NCBI GenBank assembly: GCA_000182565.2
Contig: KQ257455.1
Source: Spizellomyces punctatus DAOM BR117
Lineage: Eukaryota
Strand: one strand, 5' to 3'
DNA: 20,000 nt
Part shown: piece by piece, positions 9,228 through 20,000 of the stretch
Layout: each line of letters opens with the position of its first letter
Numbering within the stretch: position 1 is the first letter of the stretch
Position numbers and translations under genes: made by a program
The notes under the pieces: generated by a model
The model's database searches: none
Told to the model about the DNA's origin: nothing
What the model saw: the letters and a program-made list of their open reading frames with translations, nothing else

Positions 9228-10414
9228 ATGTCCACCGGCAACGACATCCTGGAACCCCTCTATCCGTACTTGGCGCAGGTGCAATCTTTAGCCTCCCCGT
9301 ACATCTCGCAACTGGAGACGGTCGCGGCACCCCTCATCCAAGATGCAAAGATACGCGTTGCTGATCTACAAGAGCTTGCAGCTCCTTACGTTGGCCCACT
9401 ATTTGAATACGCCGAGCGGGTTGAGGATGCGCTACCTACCTTCTCGTACCCTATCGCCTATGTTGCGGCGGCAGCCATTGTGCTACACGTGGCCAACTAT
9501 AATTTGACCGCTCAGTTGGAGTACCATACTAGAATTTTCACCAAGGTGTGTTGACGAGCATGGAGAAAAGCTATTGTGACGTCGTTATTTCCAGCCCATC
9601 GAGAACGCAGAGATCTGTAAATGTGGTATTGATGCAAACTAAACGGCAATCTTGCAGATCTTTCGTTCGCCCGCGGTATACTTGTACGCTCTGTACCTCA
9701 TTGCCTCCGCATTGGTCCGCGACCATTACGTTATGCAAGCAGTCGAAGGGGATGTGAACTCGGTATGGCGAATGCGAAGAAGCTGGTCTCCGTTATTTTC
9801 TCAACTGATTAACTCCCCGATGCCTCGCTAGTACATCTTGTTCTCCAAGGAAGCCGCAAAACTCATTGGACACACCTTAATCACGTTTGGGATACTTTTG
9901 AATCTTTGGACCCTGAAGGTATTTTGCAACCGTCACGCCGATATTGTCTAAGCAGATCAATTTGACGCCCATTCCCGACAGGCTCTTGGAATCAAGGGCA
10001 TGTACAACGGTGACAGCTTTGGACACTTGATGGACGCCCCTGTATCTGGTGGCCCGTACCGTTTCTTCAACGATCCTCAATATGTTGGCACAACTCTTGC
10101 TTTGTTGGGATACGCGGTCAAGTGCCAGTCATGGACCGGATATGGTAAGTGCAGCACTCTAAGATGCCCTCTTGGACGGTGGATACTAACAACCCGTCCT
10201 TCGCTAAATGCAGTGTTGACGGCGGTTCTATTCACTACCTTTTGGATTTCAGTCAAATTCGTAGAGGTAAGCTGAAAGTGGCGATAGGGACGTTAAGACA
10301 ACCACCAATTCTTTCCTTCAGGGTCCCCATATGAATCGTATCTACGCGAATAAAGGAAAGAAAACAACGGCAGCGCAAGGATCTAAGAAAACGCCTAGGA
10401 GAAAGTTTGACTAA
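9228..10414 (+). CDS. OPI3: Phospholipid N-methyltransferase (OPI3/PEMT family), ~272 aa, with N-terminal extension
   Basis: Exons 9228-9545, 9658-9762, 9832-9918, 9982-10144, 10214-10266, 10322-10414. EYHTRIFTK, LVRDH, ALGIKGMYNGDSFGHLMDAPVSGGPYRFFNDPQYVGTTL and VEGPHMNRIY resemble Opi3/PEMT motifs (ALG.TGTYLGDYFGILM...FPF...NPMY.GST; EEPFT..IY). The basic C-terminus RRKFD resembles an ER-retrieval signal. Confidence 0.85.
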
Positions 10415-10636
10415 GAAGAGGTCGTATTTCATAGAGATAGGATGTTTACAGAGTCACAGGCCATAGTATTTTGCTATTAATCGACATTGCCGCGACATTT
10501 TGCCGCGTTGAGTGCGCACGAAAGCGACCAACAAATAAATATATTAGGACTTCGTGGCGTCGGTAGCCTTATCAGTTTAATGCTCTTTCGTCCATTCTTC
10601 AGTTCCCACAGTCGTCAACTGCGATACTTCCGCTGT

Positions 10637-12267
<1,631 letters not shown>

Positions 12268-15200
12268 ATGAGCGCCTCGGGAGACCACCAGCTCGGCGTT
12301 ACTCCCCGCTCCTATCAGTATGAAGTGTTGGATAAGGCAATCGATAGCAATGTCATTGCCGTGCTCGACACTGGAAGTGGGAAGGTGAGTGCTTGAAAAC
12401 CAGTCACGTCAAACTGAGTACTTGGAATGTCTGAAACCCAAACGTAGACCTTGATATCGGTTATGTTGATAAGTCACATGGCTCGCCTCGAGCAAAAACG
12501 CAGGGTATGAAAATACTGATTGACCTGTTTTTAGTGAATGCGTTGCCTCTGATCTACATACACTGTAGACTGAAAACCCAGGTTTACGGACTAGGCTTAG
12601 TGTCTTCCTTGTTCCTTTGGTACCGCTGGTTCTGCAGCAGGAGGAATACGTCAGGAAACACTGTAATCTTAAAGTCAAACACTATTATGGAGCAATGCGT
12701 GTGGATGACGTGAGTCTGAACCTCGAGAGGGAGGATTTTGATGTATCAATAAATTGCGGCACATTGACAGTGGTCTGAAGAACGATGGAAAAATGAAGTC
12801 AGCGAAGCAGAGGTGATGGTTATGACAGCGGACATTTTCAGAAATATGCTGTGCCGTGCGTATATTGCAATGGAACAGGTTGGTTTGGCGCATCATTGTT
12901 GAATCTGCCTCTTATTGAAACTTGTGTTTATTAGATAAATCTCATTATTTTTGATGAGTGTCATCATGCACGTAAAAACCACGCATACAATCAGATCATG
13001 GGAATTCATTATAAACAATGTCGAGAGTCAGGGAGGCCGAAGATTTTTGGCATGACAGCATCGCCGACATTTGGCAAGGAAAGCTACCAAAGCTCTATAA
13101 TGTACGGAAGTCTATGAATTCATTCTTGAATCACAGCTTATGGATGAGATTTTAGGCAAATCGAAGGAAATCTTGATGCAAGAGCAGTCACGGTAGATGT
13201 TGCAGAGGTATCCCCGCATGTACCGCGTCCAAAGCAAACAGTCGTCTACTACAAAGGCACGGAGCGTGCTGATCCACCGGCTCTTTATTATCTTGTGAAA
13301 CAATATGGCGGGCCTGCGGAAGAGGAATTGGCGGCTGCTCTCAAGAAGTCCCTTATCCTCTGCGAAGAACTGGGAACATGGTGTGCAGCACGGGCGTTAG
13401 AAATGGCGGTTCTGGCTACAGATGCACGACTTAAACGGTCTCGTGTCCTTCAATGGCACAATGGTCGACCGACAGAGGAATGCTCTGAACCGAAGGAGTT
13501 GGAAAAAGTTGCCGCTTTTGCCAACCTCAAGAGCTATGTTATGACGTCCCCATTTTGGTTCGATAACTTGTCTTCTCCGACTGCAAATGACCTGTCGCCG
13601 AAAGTCATGACTCTTCTAAAGGTGCTTGAAGAGTATCGTAACTGCAAACATTTCTGCGGAATTGTTTTTGTTCAGCGCAGAGCTACGGCACGTGTCCTCG
13701 ATCTCGTCATCAAGAGATGGAAAGGTTTAGAATTTGTAAAATCCGATATCTTGGTTGGTCATGGAATCGGATCCGCCAGTCCAGCAGACGTAAACCTACG
13801 CGTGCAGCAGCAAAGGAAGATTGTTCAATCGTTCCAGAAAGGCGAAACAAATCTAATTATTGCAACCAGGGTAAGCTTCCCAGAAACAATCCGTGGTCTT
13901 CCTGTAATAATAACGTTCTTTCTTAGGTTGCCGAAGAAGGCCTTGATATCAGAGCTTGTAATTTAGTCATACGGTGAGGATCATGCACACGACATTGCAT
14001 AGACGAGGAACTGACCGACAATCGGCTAGATTTGATGTTTGCATCACCTTAACGAATTATATACAATCCAGAGGGCGGGCAAGGCGCATGGATTCAGAAT
14101 TCATTACGCTCTGCAATCGCAACAGTCCCTCCGAGGCCGTGCAGCTTGCAGAGTTGCAACGAGAAGAGCAATTAATGCGGGCTGCTCTCCAAACGCGAGA
14201 ATCCCTGACAGGCTCCATGGAGTCAGCTGTACAACCGTCTGACGAGGAAATCTATACAGTCGAATCCACTGGTGCTTCCGTGACACTGTACACGTCAATC
14301 GGAATGTTATATAACTATTGTGCCCTCTTACCTACAGACAGCGTTGGTGCATTGACACCCACCTTTCAAATCGCCCCGGTACCCGATTTGGCCTATGGGC
14401 CGTGTGAGTTTAAGGCAAGCGTGACGCTCCCGCCCAGTGTGCCAATTGAGGCTCGTTATGCGACCAGCAAACTTTGTGCCCGCAAAGCTCTGGCAAAGCA
14501 ATGGGCTGCGTTGGAGATCATAAAGAGGTTGCACGCAGCTGGAGAATTGGACGACCGATTGAAGCCGATCAAAGCCGTATCTCAAATTGCGGGATTTGAC
14601 GAAATGGTTGAACCTGTGGGAACCGGTGGCGATACTGAGCGAAAAAAGAGGCAAATCCTCGAATTTCGGATGAAAACACCGGTTTTCTGGAGGGGTTCTT
14701 GGAAGCCTCATCAGCCGACATGGTTAACCTTAGTTCGGATGCATGTCGATAATGGAAATAAACCAACATCAGATATTGGACTGCTGACTGTTGGTGAAGG
14801 TCCAATGCAGAAGGGAATTTTTCATATGTCGATTGCAAACAGGTTAACCGCGGTTGAAATTCAGTCGTCCAGATGCCCCCTTGATTTGGATTTGCCAACG
14901 CTAGCATCCGTAAAGAGGTTTCACGTGGCACTCTTCAAGGGCATATTGCGGAGTGATGTCCAAGATGAAGCGGAATGGGCGACCATCGTAGTACCGGTAG
15001 TGGAGACACTGACGGATTGGACCGCCTTGGGGGATGCATTCGATCCTCGAGCAGTCATTGATTGGGAAAGCGTCGCTTTTGCTTCGCGAGCTCAGCAGCC
15101 ATTGCTTGACCAAGATGGGAACTTGACTTGCGCGAACCTTCAAGCTGTGGTTCTACACAGCCGCGTCCACCATAATCGGCTATACTTGGTTGATAAGGTC

Positions 15201-17034
15201 CATGATCATTTGACACCGTACAGCGATTGGCCGATAGAGGAAGGAAAGTTTCCAACACTTGGACGGTATTATGAAGCTCGTTTAAAATATCCGGAACCAA
15301 TTCACACCGCACAACCGATAATTAAAGCTCACCGTTTACCTTACATTACGCAAACGACAATGGAAAAGCAACCTACTTCGGCTGCCTACCTCATTCCCCA
15401 ATGCTGCACTATCTACCCGATACCGGCGCACATTATGCGAGGTACTGCTCTGCATTTACCCATACTCCTTCAGCATTTGCAACATCGATTGCTGGCTTCG
15501 GATCTAAAATACTACGGGTTTGACGATTTCATGTCAGACGACTATCTGCACGGTAGCGTTGAAGATCTCCAGGCTGCGCTAACTGCCCCTGTAGCAGATC
15601 CTACAGTCAATTACGAGCGCTTAGAAACGTTTGGAGACAGTTTCCTGAAAATTCATCAGTCCCTGCACTTGTATGCATCTTACCCAACATGTCATGAAGG
15701 ACGCTTAAGTCTCATGAGAAACGCACTGGAGCGCAACACTGCACTGAGAGCATGTGCTATGAAACTCGGGTTGGAAGGCTATGTCTTGGGAACAGGGCTG
15801 TCGAGACGGGAGTGGACACCTCCAGAGCAGCTAGGAGGTGGAGGATCTGTTCATAAATTGAGCGACAAGACTGTGGCCGATGTTGTAGAAGCTATAATCG
15901 GAGCATGCCTATGCGGAGGTGGCATACGGGGAGGAGCTGGCGCTGTCGTCAAACTTCTTGGACATGGATATGAATCTGACTGGAGCATTTACTCCCAAAA
16001 ACTTGCGGAAAGCCGGCAGTCTCGGACTTTCACAGTAATGGAGCCAATCGTTCGGCAGGTGGAACAAGCGATCGGTTATCAATTCAAGGACATGACTCTT
16101 GCTATTGAAGCGTTAGTTCATGCGAGTGAAGCTCGTGCTGTAGCTGAAATAGGATCGTATCAACGTCTCGAGTTCCTTGGTGCGTAGTGAAGAAAGGTTT
16201 GGATGCGGCTTATGACAACTCACCAAAAGCTCATTGGCGCTGTAGGCGATGCGGCACTGGGATTTGTTGTTACTCGACACTTGTACGCAATCAGCCCTCC
16301 CCTGTCACCTGCTGAGCTCTCAGAATTCCGGTCCGAGTTGGTAAACAACCAATTCCTCTCATGGGTTTCGTGGACACTGGGTCTCACGAAACACATACAA
16401 TACAATGATGCGGCTCTGGAAAGTGCCATCGCGCATTTTGGTCATCAGATGGAACGCGTGACGGGTGGGGTACGCACACCTAGATTCAAAACATCCGCGT
16501 TAAAAGGACCCCTCTATTGGAAAGAGCTCGACGCGGCTCCAAAGTCGACAGGGGATGTATATGAGGCGATACTCGGTGCAGTGTTTGTTGATTCAGGGTT
16601 CGATGTCGAAGCTCCTTGGGGTGTCGTGCTACGTACTTTGATAGACCCGTGGTGGCACCTCTTTCAGGAGGCTGGATGCGGGACAGCTCAATCCAAATGC
16701 GTGCGGTCTGCGGATGAGACGAATCCTATCGGCGAGGCATATGAGTGGACGCAGAAGATGAGATGCGAGCGGTTGCAATTTACGTATGGTTCCAGTTGAT
16801 TTTCTATTTTCTCAGAGGTGGCAGTCAAAGACTAATTATGACGAAACTTTGCCCAGCATCGAAATCGATGAGGAAGCCGGTGTAATTAGATGCACATGCA
16901 CGTTTCATGATGTGCCTATTGGATGTGGTGAAGGCAAGAACAAGAAAATCGCTAAGCGCATAGCGGCAGAACACGCCCTGACCTTTCTGAGGTCGATCGA
17001 TCGTTGTGCATGTCACCAGGAGGGTAAAAATTAA
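12268..17034 (+). CDS. DCL: Dicer-like RNase III (DExD helicase - DUF283 - PAZ - RNase IIIa - RNase IIIb - dsRBD), ~1405 aa
   Basis: Exons 12268-12384, 12448-12504, 12569-12709, 12771-12878, 12935-13101, 13156-13870, 13927-13973, 14030-16179, 16246-16783, 16857-17034. Helicase motifs [39 protein letters not shown] and [12 protein letters not shown]283-like [13 protein letters not shown]-like LTPYS..YY..QP..LIPQCC; RNase IIIa [18 protein letters not shown]; RNase IIIb [25 protein letters not shown]; ds[21 protein letters not shown]. Confidence 0.96.
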
Positions 17035-17091
17035 TACTTCATGCATTTAAGAAGAGCTTGAGACTGGCGTATTACAATCCTATTCCCAAGC

Positions 17092-17173
17092 GACATTCAC
17101 ATCGTAATGGGGGCCGCTCAGCTATGGGGCGGATGCCGTCATAGCTGAGCGGGCCTGTTACGATGTGGATGTC
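17092..17173 (+). ncRNA. Long imperfect inverted repeat / pre-miRNA-like hairpin in the Dicer 3' UTR region
   Basis: Arms 17092-17130 and 17135-17173 with a GGAT loop. About 37 bp: 20 bp (3 G-U), a 2x1 internal loop, 13 perfect bp (CCGCTCAGCTATG/CATAGCTGAGCGG), then 4 bp with one bulge. The inverted repeat is certain; RNA function is inferred. Confidence 0.7.
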
Positions 17174-17291
17174 ATCTGTAAATGTGGTTTGGGGCGCATG
17201 TAGAGCTCACTATATGATAATATTTAAATTGCGTTTTGACAGAGATGAGGATAAATAAGATGGGGATTTTCTATTTGGTCACGTATCCACC

Positions 17292-18594
17292 TCATGCTTT
17301 CAAGGTCCATGCCAATTTCTTGCCAGCCAAAAACGGAACAACCGATCGCTCATGTCCTTCGTCGTCGGTGTATGTGTATTCTTTGGGAACCACATATTCT
17401 TGTTTGAAGAGGGTCGCTACCGGTGCCGTAGATGCCCGTGTCGGCAGTTTGTAGAACGCTCGTCCGTTTTCGCAAGCAAATGTCTGCAGTTTGTCCAATG
17501 CACCAAAAGATTCTAAAATAGTGGCCAGGTAGGGAAGAACAAGGGGCGTTGTGAATACTCCAGCGACTGCAGTGCTGGACTCTTTGGTATGGCGGGGATG
17601 TGGCGCAGAGTCTGTTCCCAGGAAGAACCGCGGATGACCTTCCTTCACAATGGCTCGTAATGCTTCGCGATCATGTGGATACTTTGCAACAGGTTTGCAA
17701 AAGTGATGACATTGGCCGGCCCAATCATCAACGATTAAACTGAGGTGGTGGACGGTAATACTACAACCGACAGTTGCACCAAGAGACTTCACCTAAGATC
17801 ATGGACGTAAATATGATACTAAGAATTTTCAATGACGTAAATACGGATTTATACCATGTCGACGGCGGCCTTTGTTGTTGCATGTTCCAGTACGATACGC
17901 AGGTTGGGGAAGTCGCGATGCAATTGCTCCAAATGCTTCAAGAACCGCTCCTCCGCATTCATTACGCATACACCCTATCATTTGTCCATGTCAGTCACAA
18001 TGTTTTCTGGAATGAATCTGAAGTCCCTTTTGCCCGACCTCTTCTGCATCGCTTGGGATCTCTCCGTGCAGATTCAAAACCATGTCGACCTCCTCCATGG
18101 CCCTGAAAACTTCATAATATGCGGTGTAGCTTTCAATACCACTGTCGCTATTCGTGGTAACGCCGCGAGGATAAGACTTTACACCTAGAAGCGATCCTCC
18201 ATGAGCCAGTGCTACCGAGACAACGACTTTACTAGCGTACCCGCGACTCCAGCTTTGGCTGCCTTGCGAATTTCTTCCGGAGTCAACTCAGGTGTCAAGT
18301 AGAGTGTCATAAGGAAGTTTACGTTTGGCGCCAGTGCCTCAAGCTCTGCTTTGTACGCAAGCGCTTGTTCGGTGGTGGTCACCGGCGGTTTCAAGTTTGG
18401 CTAGCAATGAGGCAAGTATGAGGCATGAATAGCTGATATAAGGAGCACGTTCATGCAGCGAGTCTTACCATCACATAGGCAGTTGCCACTCCACTTGTTT
18501 TCAACAACGGAGTAACTGCCCGCATGAGGGCACCTTGCCTCAGGTGCGTGTGGAAGTCGTCAGCCAAAGGGACGCTCAAAGTTGTGATTGACAT
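17292..18594 (-). CDS. URA4: Dihydroorotase (homodimeric, URA4/PyrC type II), 5 exons
   Basis: Spliced N-terminus MSITTLSVPLADDFHTHLRQG...AYVM|PNLKPP, then GVKSYPRGVTTNS, LNLHGE, IVLEHATT, HHFCKPVAK and FFLGTDSAPH. Stop TGA at 17294-17292. Confidence 0.96.
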
Positions 18595-18874
18595 CTTTCA
18601 AAAGACAGCAGCTCTTGTTAGAAATGTATGCTGAATCTAAAGGGAACATGTGCATGTCTTTCTCACCGTTTATACGCCGTATTGTTAAAAAATACAGTGC
18701 ACTCTGCTGAAGCTGTTGTTGCCATGACAACAGATGATACGTTTGTGCGCAGCAACGTGTGGATCGCAACTGTTCCAAACTAACTTCCACAGCTGCATGA
18801 CATCGTAGACTTTATTGGGGAGCCCTCTTCCCACATTTCTCTGGGACGGCAAAAGACTGCCCTCCTTCTGCCTA

Positions 18875-20000
18875 ATGCCGCTGACTACTCGACGTCGGGA
18901 CTCAAACATTATGGCGTATACCCCATCCCCTTCTCTTCCGCACCCTACGGGCCTGGGACGACGAGGCACGGCGATGCGCGGGGGCGTAGGCCTGCTCATG
19001 AAGTCTCTTCTGGGCTTGCTTGTTCTTGTCGTTATTGCATACTGGATGCTGGAAGAGTCTGTTGTGAATGTGAAAGGTATGCCTCGGCAGTAACCGTGGC
19101 ACACGCGTGTGTGTTTCTCGAATATGTGCTAACCTTTACACCGTGTTGCCTCAAGACCCTTTTCGATCTTTGAAGGAGATGGTGTATCATTCATGCTCAC
19201 CGCCTGCAGGGCTTCCCGCCAAGCAGTATGCCTTGGTGATAGACGCGGGATCGACGGGCTCGCGGATCCACGTTTATAGATTTAATCATTGTGACGGTCC
19301 ATCGCTGACCCTCGAGGATGAAATCTTTCAACAACTGAAACCAGGACTGAGCTCTCCAAAGTTTGCAACACCTGAAGAGGCTGCAAATTCATTGGATCCG
19401 CTATTGAAGATCGCGTTGGAAGCGGTACCGGCAAATGTACAAAAGTGCACTCCTGTCACAGTGAAGGCGACTGCAGGACTGCGAATGCTCAAGGATGGGA
19501 AAGGCGAGCAGATATTAAAGGCCGTCAAAACCAAGCTGCAAACGGAATACCCATTTGCGCTGATCGAGCCTGATAGTGTTGCTATCATGGCGGGGAAAGA
19601 TGAAGGTACGATTTGATCGCATAGATGGATAGCAGTGACAATGTAGTCTTCCTTATTGATATGCCTGATCTAGGAGTATTTGCGTGGATAACAGTAAACT
19701 ATCTTTTGAAGCGGATTGGTCAGAAGGATCGCAAAGAAACAGCGGCAATCATGGATCTGGGCGGTGGATCTACGCAAATTGTTTTTGAGCCGCATCCATC
19801 AACCCCCATGGAGCCTGGGGACCATAAATATGAATTGCAATTTGGCGACCATAAGTATATCCTCTACCAGCATTCATATGACGGTTATGGGTTGATGCAA
19901 GGTCGAAAGCGACTGAAGCAAGCCGGTGTTGCCGGTAAAAAGTGGCCTTGTTACGCGCTAGGTCACAAAGACGAGTATCTGGACGACGAGGGAACGGTCC
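18875..20000 (+). CDS. GDA1: Golgi guanosine diphosphatase (GDA1/CD39 NTPDase family), 5' part, truncated by the window end
   Basis: N-terminal signal-anchor (LLGLLVLVVIAYWML). Apyrase conserved regions IDAGSTGSR, KATAGLR, DEG|VFAWITVNYLL and DLGGGSTQ, plus LYQHSYDGYGL. The start could be 18875 or the ATG at 18911. Confidence 0.92.

Noticed and set aside
9595-9616. Possible micro-exon inside the longer (112-nt) first intron of the methyltransferase
   Set aside because: The 22 nt between TTTCCAG and GTAAAT would shift the frame, and direct splicing already aligns with Opi3.
17092-17173. Hairpin as a MITE or a bacterial-type terminator
   Set aside because: No target-site duplication, no internal spacer and no U-tract, in a eukaryotic context. 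A transposon origin is disfavoured but needs a copy-number search to exclude.

Overview
Gene-dense, intron-rich eukaryotic DNA with mostly 55-80 nt introns. It is almost certainly fungal (TOK channel, URA4-type dihydroorotase, GDA1), and an early-diverging or chytrid-like lineage is my inference only. Manual splicing gives, in order: the 3' part of an unknown gene; a 15-exon minus-strand gene encoding an unusual fusion of a catalytically degenerate NUDT2-like Nudix domain, two TIS11-type CCCH zinc fingers and a C-terminal W2 (eIF5C) domain; a TOK 8-TM two-pore K+ channel; a possible small mitochondrial protein; an OPI3/PEMT-like methyltransferase; choline-phosphate cytidylyltransferase; a full-length Dicer; dihydroorotase; and the 5' part of GDA1. 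The two most striking observations are (1) the pseudo-Nudix/CCCH-CCCH/W2 protein, largely invisible in the ORF track because of micro-exons and GC-AG introns, and (2) an 82-nt pre-miRNA-like hairpin starting 58 nt after the Dicer stop codon. Its G-U pairs work only on the Dicer-sense strand, and its 3' arm is complementary to the Dicer start-codon region, suggesting Dicer autoregulation. All exon structures are manual predictions and no database searches were run.
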